Below are positions 13,393 to 25,320 of a stretch of 64,000 bases of DNA, in pieces. Made by a program: the position numbers and the translations under genes. Origin of the DNA: Utricularia gibba (Eukaryota; Plantae; Magnoliophyta); contig NEEC01000010.1 of NCBI GenBank assembly GCA_002189035.1, positions 1,860,001 through 1,924,000 on the forward strand. Direction: 5' to 3'. The notes beneath the pieces are model-generated. The model searched no databases and was not told the origin of the DNA. It saw only the letters and a list, made by a program, of their open reading frames with translations. Position 1 is the first letter of the stretch; every line of letters begins with the position of its first letter.

Positions 13393-13990
13393 ATGAAGTT
13401 GCTCGGATGGTGGTTGTTGCTGGTGGCGATACTTCGTTTAGCTTCCGTTTGGTTCGGATTTTTCGACATTTGGGCGCTTCGTATGGCTGTGTATTCCCAA
13501 ACCACGAGTACGCCCCTGATTGTTTTTTTTGCTCGATTTGCGGCGATGTTTTCGGATTTCTTGTAAGTTCAGGATCTTAATTGGTGTCTTTGTTGGAATC
13601 GCTTGTTCTATGTTTGTGTGCAAAATTTGGGTTCAGTGACTGAAGTTCACGGACGGACGTTTGGGACTTGGACGCTGTTGAGCTGCACACTTTGCTGTCT
13701 CTGCGCCTTTAATTTGGAAAATAGGCCTTTGTATCTCGCGACTTTTCTGTCTTTCGTCTATGCGTTTGGCCATTTCTTGACTGAATATCTGATTTATGGC
13801 ACCATGGCTCCTAGAAATCTGACAACTGTCGGCATTTTTGCTGGTAATTCCAGATCTTGAAACTGAATGAATCTGGGAATTAGTTGTGCAAATACCAATC
13901 TGGGCTAACTTTTACTTTTCAGGGACTTCTGCAATATGGATGCTGCTGCAGTGGAATTCCCATCAGCCAGTGAAAGCAAAGGATGTGTAA
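13393..13990 (+). CDS. ERG28: Ergosterol biosynthetic protein 28 (sterol C4-demethylation complex scaffold)
   Basis: Exons 13393-13507, 13637-13843, 13923-13990. MKLLGWWLLLVAILRLASVWFGFFDIWALRMAVYSQTTMTEVHGRTFGTWTLLSCTLCCLCAFNLENRPLYLATFLSFVYAFGHFLTEYLIYGTM...GIFAGTSAIWMLLQWNSHQPVKAKDV*. Confidence 0.96.
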
Positions 13991-14446
13991 AAGGCGGTTC
14001 AATGTTGCCCTGCATTTTGCAGGTTTTTTGTATGGAGCTCTTGAGGAGTAATCTTGATGATGATCACCAGATCCAGGTGAGTTTGATGGGGCACTGCTCA
14101 AACTGGGCTGAATTTCGTAACTGCTGTTTGTTGCAAATAAGCCGTTTTTTTTGTTTATTTCGGATGATTTTTGTTTCTTTGACATTGTGCAATCCCATAT
14201 TTGACCAATGCATTAGCATCTTGACCTATCAAGTCTTTATACTTTTGCACCTTTCGTCTTCTAGCTCCACGTCTGAAGTAGCAATAGGTTTTGATGCCTA
14301 GAAAGGGGAAATTCCGAAAAAATTCGTTGTTTATGGCAAGTGGGGTTAATGAAACATCATAAAGTTGCAGTCACAACAAAAATGGCAGATACAAGAGTAT
14401 GTTAAATCTCTTGTGAGTTGAATCCTTGGCGTTAGAAAGCGATTCT

Positions 14447-14957
14447 CTAGGGGGTAAAGAAAAAATTTCCACATTTGCGCTTCCAGCGCATGGGTTTGTA
14501 GTCCAGAATTTCATTTCTTGTGAAATATCGGAGTCCTAGAGTTTTCTTCTCCGGAACCTGAACAGCCTCGCAATGATGACAATAAACGCACCTTTTATTG
14601 CATCTTGGAGGCCCTGATCTTGTCAATCCCATCATCTTCATGGTTGTTTCTTCCTTCATTGGCTGCAGTTGCTCAATGTTTTCCACCCGTACCATGGTGG
14701 ATTTTGTAAGTTCTGTAGTCTGTGTACCTGTGACAGAGGCAGAAATGTTCATTTAAAATGTAGTTCTCATGTGTGTTCCTTCAGAGTGAAGACTTCAGCT
14801 TCAGTTTCCGCCATGAAATGGGTAGCTGAGTATAGCAGCAGAAGGGAAAGATGAAGATACAGAACAATCAGTTGTGTGGAATTTGTGCTCAGAGGAGCGA
14901 AGTTGAATACACAGAAGGTCTTGGAAGAGTTTGTGCAGAAAAATGAGCAAACGACAT
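14447..14957 (-). pseudogene. EPFL2: EPFL2-like (EPIDERMAL PATTERNING FACTOR-LIKE) Cys-rich peptide gene, degenerate
   Basis: Exon 14727-14447 after a phase-1 acceptor encodes MKMMGLTRSGPPRCNKRCVYCHHCEAVQVP...DYKPMRWKRKCGNFFFTP*, the EPFL mature domain, with WKCKC changed to WKRKC. A signal-peptide-like stretch (LIVLYLHLSLLLLYSATHFMAE) lies at ~14880-14795 but has no in-frame upstream ATG and no phase-1 donor. Confidence 0.7.
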
Positions 14958-15661
14958 GTGAAGAAGACTCCTGAGGCAGAAAAGGGGATCAATCAAACAG
15001 ACTACTATTGCACAGGAACAGAACAAACGATGTGTATCAGAAAAGGCAAGTACCAAACTGTTTCCCATAAAACATTTTCTGTTGAAGTTGATGGCGAGAG
15101 CTGCAGCTTCTGCAAGCAAGCAGAACGTACGTTTGGTCGAGGGCCGAGAAGCATCATTTGTCTCCAAACTCAGCCAAGGCTCTACAGTACTGTAGCGCGC
15201 ACCAATTTTAATTTCACATCATCCATAAAATTCTCCTACCAAAGATTTTGCTGGTAAGTATCGCAAAGGTGAAAATTCTCTCATTTTAGCCTTCTTTTTA
15301 TGCAGTTGGTGTGTGCAATGCAAAGTTTTCATTTCTGAAGTGGGATGACAAGATATCACAGACTCCGAAGTTTACATGTATGTGGCAGAAACAGATAAAA
15401 CTATTTTGTAGGTGTCTTTATTGAAGCTTGTGCACTACTTTAGGAATTGGATAATCATGGTTAAATGAAGATTCACATGCTTACCGTGAGAGATATATTA
15501 CACCTTAAATCTCAGGAAATGTGCAGGATTCTGCAACAAAGCATCTACTATCTAAAGCTTCTTGCATCTCATGTCTTGATGAAGAATCATAGAAGAATTC
15601 TTGAGGGAGTTGCAGCTGTATTAGAGCCTACCAATTTTGCAGCAGCAACTACTACATATTT

Positions 15662-17513
15662 CTAGAATTCAAAATTGTCAATCATGTGCTGTATGACATC
15701 CACACCTTTGGCATCTAGATGTCGGTTTTGAACCTGAAAGAACAAAGTTCAGAATGGGTGGTCCTCTATATGTTATCAGATATGGCTGGTACCTGAATGG
15801 TGGTGTGTGCAAAGAGTCTTGGAAGCCCGCCCTTGAAACTGATATCAATCCGGTCCCAAGCCAGTGTGTTCAGGCCTCTGATCATCGTTTCTGTCACAGA
15901 TCGAAAGAAAAATCGAATCTTGAATTGCGTACTCCCACAGTTACTGGTTCTCATGTAAGGGAGTATACGCACCGCACCTTCCATAGCTTTGATGGGATCT
16001 TCAGGAAGTGGGACTTCCAAAGGAATTGCTTCTGTATTCGGTCTTGAAGACTCTTCGTTGATCACATGTGGGTACTTACTGTTTCTCTTGAGATTTCTCC
16101 GCTAGAAGAGACATGAAATGGGAATTCTCAGCATGGTAAAGAGGCAAGTCAACAGCTTGATCTCTCTACCTTCGGGAGCTCATGGCGACGTCGCAAGGAT
16201 GATGATCCCCAGCCAACAATGTCTTTGTAAACAGTCAAGTTGAACAGGTAAACATAGTACTGCATTTAACTTGAAGGGAGGAAGAAGATATTCAGAGAAC
16301 ACAGGGAATAAGGATACGATCATATCGCGCGTTTGCATACATGGTGCGCTTCTTGAACAACTGCAGAGCTGATCTGCAATGCGAGATGACAATTGATATT
16401 CATGGCCTGAAAGAATCGAAAAAAGCAGAGAACTTTAAACTCACATGAACTTGAGTTCATCACAATCCTTGGTCATCCTCACCAGAAGGGGAGGATTTCC
16501 ATCACACAGGAATAGATGCTTCCCTGTCCTACCAAACATTCCTGAAACCCGCAATGCTGCTTTCTCCAATGTGTGAGATCCACAGAACATGGGAACCTGG
16601 TTGGAGTCAGGCGGTTAAGGAAAAAAACGCTCAATGAGTATTTTCATTGTGAGCTACAAAGTTCACCTGCTTATGTCCTCTGGAACCAAGATGAGGAGTT
16701 GCAGAAGTGACGAAGTTCATAGGCTCAAGCCCTGCAATACTTCCTGTCAGTTTCTGTGCTGATGATTCATCCACATTCTCCTGTAGATAGAGCAGAGCAA
16801 CCGCATATCTAGCTACTAATCCACCGAGGGAGTGGCTAATGAACGAGATCTTCTTAAGATTAGGATGTTGAAGAACTACTGAAATCACCTGAAAGTTGTG
16901 ATGAACAGGAGCAGATGTATTACTACACAAGCACAAAGCTTATCTGCTACATTGAAGGAAAAGATGCAAAAACCTCTTCTGCTAATCTTTTTCCCATGAC
17001 ATCAACTCCATGGAATGTCAAGTTCGAACAATTAGCTTCACTACCTGAGGATGCCATACAAAGGAGAGAGCATTCGTGTCAAAGGCAACGATTTCTGGTA
17101 ACCCAAAGATCACAACAGCTGCCATCACAACTCACAGTGAACAAAAACATCATTTGGATGCGTCTTCACAAATTGCTTTCCAGCGTATCTCCAATCCGTT
17201 GCACTGATTCAGCAATCAATTATCAGAGCAAGCACATTGTCCCAGCAATAAAAGCGAAGACAACACACAAAGTCAATGGCATCAGGCTTTGCACTTCCTA
17301 CCTGCCTATGATCCCGTTGACCATAACAATCAAGTGGGTAGGCGAAGAATCGCGAGCCGGAGCCTTATTCTCGTCAATAATAATGCACCCAAATTTCTGG
17401 ATCATGGAAGATATCCTTTTTGTTTTCTTCCTCTTCCGTTGCTGTTTGGCCGAGCATTTTTTCTCCTTTTCCGGCGATCTTGTACCATCATCGGCTTCAG
17501 ATGCTGTCTCCAT
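15662..17513 (-). CDS. DUF676 putative serine esterase/lipase (alpha/beta hydrolase)
   Basis: Exons 17513-17302, 17203-17136, 17044-16974, 16888-16667, 16596-16445, 16373-16318, 16222-16170, 16101-15978, 15890-15793, 15733-15662, all GT-AG and in phase. Motifs PTHLIVMVNGIIGSATDWRY, LTFHGVDVMGKRLAEEV, ISFISHSLGGLVARYAVA (nucleophile elbow), NFVTSATPHLGSRG, RTMYANARYDHIVGWGSSSLRR, GVDVIQHMIDNF. Confidence 0.94.
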
Positions 17514-17799
17514 TTACGCCAGAACCGGAAAACTCCAGTTCTCGCGCTGCCGAAAAGGGTATCGGAGAACGGGGAGCGCCGTGAACGGCAAGCAAAGACC
17601 TCAGATCTTTTCAAACTACCAACTACGTTGATTAAAGCCGCTTTCTTCAAAGAAGTCTCCGACTCTGTCATAAACAGCAACCCCAAGAACGTGAAGGTGT
17701 CGATCAAAAACAGACACTTCACCAGAACTAAGGAAAAACCAGGCTTTGAAGAAGTCCAGAACGACTGCCAAGACGGCAAGACCAATGACGAACCTCAGA

Positions 17800-17801
<2 letters not shown>

Positions 17802-17830
<29 letters not shown>
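17802..17830. repeat. (TTA)n microsatellite
   Basis: About 9 consecutive TTA units upstream of the DUF676 start. Confidence 0.9.
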
Positions 17831-18329
17831 TGGTCTCTATTATTTACTATATATTTAGTTTTCATTAATATATAGAATAAATTAATTTTTCATACTTTTA
17901 AATTTTATATTATTTAAATATTGAATATAATTATTTTATATTATTTAAAATTAAATATATTTCATTATATATATATATATAGTTTTCGTTATTTAAAATG
18001 GACGTGTGACGGTGTGGAAAGATTAATTTAAAAATTAACCATCCTATTTTAATGGTGTATGAAAAATAAGCATCAACATGTAAAAAATTAATCGTAATAT
18101 GTAATAGATAATGTGATATGGTTACTTAATGGTCACGTGTCGAATGTCCTGCATAGGCCTCATGATCCTTGTTTATCATGGAGTGTGGTTTTGTTGGGCC
18201 GTTTCTGGGCCGAGGCGGTATGCTTGTGCAGATGATATTGGACACCCGAGTCCCTGTCACGTTCTACAATTAGGATCGGAAACAGCCATCGCCGCCGTGG
18301 GAGACGACGGTAGTTTCGTGTTCGCGGAA

Positions 18330-19259
18330 ATGATGTTGACGGCAGCATTAGGCCTGACCTCAAGCTTTCCGGTAAGCACATATTTTTCGCATTTCCGAAA
18401 TATTATGAATCGTGAAAGGTCATTAGTGATTTAGGCGAGATTGAGTATGATTTCGGCATTACAACAGATTAACCTTAAGGAATAGTTTCCATGCTACTGA
18501 TGAAATGGCAATTGGTGAGTTGCCTACGCTTGTGTCTTGGGAGCTGGGATGATTTTGGTTTCTTCTATCCTCACTTATCAATAGGGTTGCATTTTGCTTC
18601 ACTGCACAGGTTGCATATGCTGATAACCTCGCTCGTCGACTTCCAAATCCAGTTCTTGTAAATGCCAGGAACCATAAACTTTTAGTTACATGTTCTGGGA
18701 AATTGCCGGTGAATTTGATGGTGGTCGTGAACAACAGTAAGGATAAAATCTGGCAAGCAATTCCCACTTCAGTAAAATGTTTTCCATGGAAGGAAGCAGA
18801 AGGTGTTGCAGTGAAAAAATTCCTTTTCTTGGGAAAAGAGACATTCAAATGGTCAATGCTTGCAGTCTATGCTCTGAGTTTTCTTTCTGATATCATATAC
18901 TCCATCTCCCGGAACAAAGAACTGGTGATTCCGTTAGGCCTTTTCATTGGATGCGTGACAGCGAGCTACTTAACTGAGATATCACAAGAGCTGATTCATG
19001 TCTGTGCAGTAAACACGCATCCCTCTTTTGCTTGTTCATTTCTCGTTGGTGATTGTTCCTTTGTTCATGCATTCAGGATGAACATTCAGCAGTGATGCGG
19101 TTTGTGAGCGTATCTTGCTTCTTCGCAGTGGTGAAAATCTTGGCGGCTTACATCTTTCGAGGAAAGGATTTTCTCTTTCACCTCGCCAATGGCGGATTGA
19201 TGCAGGTGTTGTGGAATTGGAAGATGATGAAATCAGAGGGAGAAGCATCTTTGCCCTGA
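18330..19259 (+). CDS. Uncharacterised plant membrane protein with a transit-peptide-like N-terminus (resembles EMB1273-like proteins, from memory only)
   Basis: Exons 18330-18371, 18610-19008, 19077-19259, all phase 0. MMLTAALGLTSSFP|VAYADNL...KIWQAIPTSVKCFPWKEAE...KETFKWSMLAVYALSFLSDIIYSISRNKELVIPLGLFIGC...|DEHSAVMRFVSVSCFFAVVKILAAY...HLANGGLMQVLWNWK...*; several hydrophobic helices. The gene is well supported; the family name is tentative. Confidence 0.75.
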
Positions 19260-19548
19260 ATTGCTTCAGGCTTCGTCAATGCTTATTCAAGAAAAGATAC
19301 GGTTGCCCCTGTGCATCTAACAGAAGTAGATAACTGTCTATGAGCTCATCGTTCTCTTTTTTAGAAAGAATAGTGGAACGTTGCAAAATCTTTAGGTTCT
19401 CTTGTACACTAAGCAAAAACTATATCAATTTTGTCACAGATACTAGAATTCAAGGGGGCTGAACCCCCCTTCTTCACAACTGCAATGTGTATGAAAGTAT
19501 CGGTAGGGCCCTGGGGCTCTCTGAGCACACGATCCTCTTACTTGCACA

Positions 19549-21472
19549 TCACAGGTACGGTTTGAGATGAAACACTTGGCATCTGGGAGTGTAATAGCTT
19601 TTCCCTGCAGCCTGTTCAAACTTCTTTACTGCAGCTTCATTTTCTTCCAACCCCATTTGGACAAAGTATCGAACCCACCACGTTGGGCTCCTCAACTTCA
19701 CCTGCAACGAACAAGGGGTGATGCAACATCAACACGACAAGCTTCAGGGGCATGCATTTCCATCAACAGACAAAATTTCAAATGATCAGGATCCACGGTT
19801 GAACCATATTGAGAGAAAAAGTATCATAACATGCCCTTATTGATCAAGTAAGCAGACTTTAGTTGTTTCACACTATGGAGCTTTCTCTCAACAGCATCAG
19901 CAAGATGCACTAAAGTAACCAAATGTAATGGAAATTTAGATCAGAAGAAGCAATCTGCAGATGACTTACTGAACTCCCGAATTTGGGTTTATCTGTAGCC
20001 TTAAGCTTATGTTGCCGTGGATAACCTACAGGTGATGTTTTGGTTACAAGCTGAACAAAAGGAACACAAACTTATATCCAGAGGAAGAAAAAGGGAATAG
20101 TTTCCTTTACCTGTAAAAATGATCAAGCCATCAGCAGAAACTCTAGCTAACTCGGGAAGTGTCTTATTGAGATATTTTGGTGACAAGTAATCCAAAGCAT
20201 CGGAAACAATGACAATGGGGAATGATTTCGCCCGGTAGGGAAGTGGAAACTTAATATCAACTACACGAGCAAGGCCCCGGGAAACAAGCTTCTTGCATGT
20301 TGGATCTGCATCTTCTATATCATAAGGTTCTACACCAAATGCTTCAGTACCTTCCTCTTGCATCAATCTTGAAACAATTGAGCAGGTGCTTGGGCCAACA
20401 TGTAACACCTTGCGCATGCTATCACCATACGCCTTTTTCAGAATCGGAATCGCTCGTTCAACTTCCGATGCACACAAAAAGTCACCTGGAAGAGCAAACC
20501 TAGTGATCGGACCAAACCATACAACAACCTTCTTCACATGGAACATTTAAAGTTGACTCTTTGAAGAATTTCTTGCATATTTATCTCAATTGAACATGGA
20601 ATGAACAAGTTTTAACAGAATGGCCGTGAAATAAAACCAAACAAACCACCATGAATTTGGTGTCCCCGGAGATACATGACAATGATAGCCTCGATAGGCT
20701 ATGAGAAAACAGTTGCTACATTAAATGGGAAACGAATTTTGAACAAAATTTGGAAGTACGAGTACCTTCTACCTGACTGAAAGCTTCACGAACTCCAAAC
20801 GTACCTAAAAGGAAAGCTAGCCTTATTCAAAAGACAAGCAATAGAACAAGATATTGAAAATAGTAGTACAAGATAACTTCTATGAGACAGATAGATATGT
20901 TAAGTAGAACACAAACTGGAAGATAGAGAATGGTATGAACCATGTTGAATGTTATTGGTGAATCTACGTGGGAACCTGAAGCATGTAAACCACTCAGAAC
21001 AAATCCAGGGGCTTTTGCTTCCCAAGAAACTTATCACAACATTCATTCTACATTTACTTCATTTATAAGAACCAATCATTTGGAATGATGCATGTAAGAA
21101 CGGCAAAATTGCAACTGTTCGATAGAAAATGCAAGTCAATCATGAACAGATTAACAACATCAAATTTCAGAAGGGAAAAGATAACCTTGACCACGAACGA
21201 AGTACCCCACAACAAAGATAACTCCCTGCCCAAAATGGAAAAGGGAACTCCGGTGAGATACAAAAAATGCAGATGCAGAATGGAGTTTTCGCCAAGAATC
21301 ATACTCATAATCGACGAACAAAATTAGGAAACGTGAATATCGATACCAGAACGGTGAGCGCCACCGACAAAACCGACGGAGGTCCGGATCTCGAACTCAG
21401 AGTGGAAGAAAACGGAGCCTTCCCAACATCCGCCACGCGGCGGGAAGGATTTACCGGTCTTCTAGTCGCCAT
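19549..21472 (-). CDS. CGR2/3: Golgi pectin methylesterification methyltransferase, CGR2/CGR3 (cotton Golgi-related) family
   Basis: Exons 21472-21347, 21225-21186, 20804-20766, 20485-20111, 20025-19970, 19701-19549. MATRRPVNPSRR..., transmembrane helix, CASEVERAIPILKKAYGDSMRKVLHVGPSTCSIVS, DIKFPLPYRAKSF.IVIVSDALDYLSPKYLNKTLPELARVSADG, LRSPTWWVRYFVQMGLEENEAAVKKFEQAA. Confidence 0.95.
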
Positions 21473-21744
21473 TGCGAGCAAACGCAAAACAGATTGATTT
21501 CCAGATGTTTTCAATCGTCACTCCACTTTACCAGCTGGTGAACACATACCCCCATGTGGAAACCAACAAAAGAAAACAAATAAAGAAGCTTAGACGAACA
21601 ACCAATGCAAACTAAACAAAAGACCCACGTTCAGATCATTACTTCACTTAAAACAGTGGGACTCCTCCGCTTTCCGAAGACGAAGAGATAACCAGACCTC
21701 GCGTGTCCGTACACATCCACATTGCAAGAACTGATTGACCCTTT

Positions 21745-21786
21745 TGGGCCGAATATGCCCATCACGGCCCAAATTTAGTCGGCCCA
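21745..21786. promoter_or_regulatory. Site II (TGGGCC/GGCCCA) element triplet upstream of CGR2/3
   Basis: TGGGCC 21745-21750, GGCCCA 21766-21771, GGCCCA 21781-21786. Site II motifs are established TCP-binding elements. Confidence 0.55.
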
Positions 21787-22179
21787 CCATAGGGATCCAG
21801 AAATCCAACCTTCCTCCTCCTCCTCAATTATGCAAAAAAAAAAAAAAAAAAATGTAGATGTTCATACATTATATTTTAAAATGAATAAATAATGCTCGTC
21901 TTTTGTTTGTTTGTTTTTTTTTTTTTTAATCAAGAGGCATTCATTATTGTACGTAGAGTGGGGGACAAGGCATGCCCAAAGCTACCTCTTAGCCAGCCGC
22001 CGCCTCCATGCAACAACGCACTCTCCTTCATCAAACACTTAGATTAGTATAATTTCTCGAGAAAAAAAAATATTTCTGAAAAAGTACAAAATTTATTACA
22101 AATAAAAAATATTTCTAAATTTCTAAGTTTTTTAGAACATAAATCATTTGCAATTAATAAAAAAAATTCTTTTACATAA

Positions 22180-22448
22180 AAACACCTTTACCAATTTTTG
22201 GAAATGTTGATATGATATTTTTGAAAATTGAGTTATTGAGTTTATTTTACTTTCATATTTATTTTCGAAAATTGTAATATGACAATAATTTAAAATTATC
22301 CTATTTTTAAACCGTTTCTAAAAGAAAATTGTATTTACTCATTTCCGTTTCATGAAGAAAGAAAAATCACGTTTACCAATTTTCTGGAAATCTTTACCTT
22401 ATTTCCGAAAATACAACATCAGTATATAGAAATAGGTAAAGATGCTCT
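22180..22448. mobile_element. AT-rich MITE-like element with imperfect terminal inverted repeats
   Basis: The left end aaacacctttacc...atatttttgaaaat pairs imperfectly with the right end atttccgaaaat...ggtaaagatgctct. The left end also matches the reverse complement of 33421-33480. Confidence 0.45.
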
Positions 22449-25320
22449 AAATAGAAAATATTCCAAATAGAGCCTGTTATTCATAGAAATCCCCACGTCC
22501 TGAAAGGATTTGGGTTTGGGTTTGGGTCGGGTCGGGTCGGGTCTGATGTAGCATTCAAGATGAAGGTGCAATTAGGTCCCGGATGTTACATAAATAAAAG
22601 GATTTCATTCTCATGTGGTTTGTATTACCTCATCATCATGCCTCCGGTGACACATCATGTGCTCATAGAACATCATCGGTTTTGGTCTGATGATGTTGTC
22701 CAATTTCCCTCCTGCTTTGTTTCTCTCTGCATATTTTCGTTCCCATATTAATAATTACTTCATTTTCATGGCCCAATCCCGTTCGGGTCACACCGGCAGT
22801 TAAACTTCATTTTCATTTTCGAAAATTAAAATAATGTTCTAGAAAATTTTTAAAAACTATTTCTATTTTTCAAAAATAAAAATAGTTTTGTTTTAAAACA
22901 CTTTTAATTGTAAAAATAATTATATTTAAAATACTTTTAAAATTATAATTAAAAAATTTATTGTTAGAAAAATATAAAGTTGATTACTTTTATTTTTTAC
23001 TTATACTTTTTAAAATTATTTTTAAAAAGTAAAAACATGTTTCAAAAATTTTTCAGAACATTGTTTAAGTATTTCGGAATCATTTACAAAATAGTTGTTT
23101 TTTATTATTTTCTCTTTCATATTAAAATAAAATTTGTGATTTATTATGCAACACTTCCCCGGCAGCTCTCATTACTTTATTGTTTTTTGTAAAAGAAAAA
23201 AAAAGCATTCAAAATTCAAACTTTATGTATTATTTTGACAAAAAGAAATAACCGGATTTTGGATTTCGGAACATACCGGCACCGGTGGGGCCCCATGCGC
23301 CGCTGGTGCCCCATCACAGGGAATCTCGCCGTGAATTGAGTTCCCTAAATTGCCCCCGTCTCGTCTCTCCTCCTGGTTAAGAGCCTAATGACTCTTTTAC
23401 CCTCGTAATTGCTTATGTCAAATGTCAGCATGCACCAAAAGCGTGGCTCTTGTCGACTTTAGAGATATATATTAGAATAAATTGTTGTTTTTACATGTGA
23501 AATGTCGAATATATCCCTGCAACTTATTATATTGCATGGACATGCAACATAACACACTATTAAGCCATGTGTTGATTAATCAAACATGAGACAAAAAGGA
23601 GCACTAAAATATCAACCATAAAAAATTGAGTAATAATCAATTATTAAAATAATCATAATCAGTCATACATATGTTTCAACCCACGCCTATGAAATTCAAA
23701 TTTCAAGAACCGGAAGTTAATTAAAAAATGAGTTAGAGTTTTTAATAAAATAATTAAAAACTATTTTTCGCGTTCGGAACTTAACTTATTCATATCCATT
23801 TTTATATTTTAATATTTATTTCTGATGGATAACTTACGCTCATCCTAAATATGGTCGAATAACACATACTGATAAGGTTTTGGATAAAGTATCTAATTAA
23901 TGATGTATTTGAATTATTTATATTTAGATAAATATGTATTATATGATTAAAATTGAAAATTGGTTTAATATATAGGTTTTACAAACATGTATTAAATGTA
24001 TTTAAAATAAATAAACCAACTTTGCTTGATTAGTAAAACCCATGTCAAGTAAAATTTTTCAAAAATATAATAAAGAGTTTATAAATAATTCAAGAATACG
24101 TATACCAAATATGCATAGATTTAAAGTTGTAAGAACCCTACCATGAAAGACGGCAACTATCATTTGCAACTGTAGGGTTGTCGTGAGATAGAAAGAAAAA
24201 TCAGAGTATGTAAGAAAATTTGGCCTTCTGGGTATCATAATTCTCCATTTACAGAGATACAAGGTCCGTGTTTAAAGGATGCGATACAATTATTGGACTA
24301 GAAGTCATGAAACATTTACACCTTTTTTTTTTTTAGGTGTATGCACAGTGTCATTAGGTCAACTGTTTGATGCTTAGGCAAAAATGGTTTCTGGGTAATT
24401 GTAATTATTGAAGGAGAATTGAGTAGAAGGACTAGAATTGGGTCCAATGAGGTTGCACCAATTGCAAACATCTGATTTCATTGAAGAGGAAAACGGAAAG
24501 CTCTTTTTGATTTAAAACAAATTATTCTTGGTGATTTCCCCAAGTAGCATTAGTAACGGATTGATGTCCATATCATTTCTTTTTTGTTGCCACTTAGAAA
24601 AAGTTGTTGTCTTGTGAGCCTCCTGTCCGTTTTCTCTATTGGAATCTATGTTTCGAGGAATCGGCTTGTCCGGGAACATTAAAAGATGGCGTTTTTGGAT
24701 TTGGAGTTAGGAAGATTGCATCATTCCCATCTTTTTCAATTCAAAATCTATCTGGTGCAAGGTGTAAATAGGTGTAATGTGTGTAGGGTCAGCCTGTACT
24801 GTTGCTTTTCCTCTGGTAACCACCTTCCCCATTGATCTACTAATGTTCACTTTTTTCAAGTGTTCATTATGTAATGCTTTTAAGAAATGATACTTGCCTA
24901 GATCATTAGTGCGTGTGTGTGTGTGTTTTTTCTTTAAGCTCTTCAAGGTTCCATTAATGATTTCCTGTAAGGTTCTGGGAAGCCTGTGATTGGAATTGGA
25001 GTTGTGTATGCTTTGTTTTTAGAGTGAAGTGGGGTCGTCTTCCTCTTCTGGCGTTTACTGCAAAGCCAAGTTATTTGCAGATTTCGTGAAGATCTGGCCT
25101 TGATTCACGTTTCCTCCGCTGTTTTGAGTTGAAAAGCGTTTCAGTGTTCTTTTTCTGGTATTCTTGACAATATTTCTTGTTGGGATTCTTCACCATTTCA
25201 CCATATTCAGCACGGAAATCTTTTCAAGATTTCACAGTTTTGGCACAGTTTTCGTGCATTTTCTTGATCTGGGTTCGTGAAGAAAATCGAAACCAAAAGT
25301 TCAAAAGTTAGTCTTTGAAG

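Noticed and set aside
17402-17785. 127-aa ORF 'MVLPSWQ...' as a membrane-protein gene
   Set aside because: Its start is TTG, not ATG; only the part from ATG 17671 is kept, as a candidate uORF.
21834-21852. A19 tract as a SINE or retrocopy tail
   Set aside because: No upstream A/B boxes, processed-gene body or target-site duplication were seen; it is treated as a simple homopolymer.
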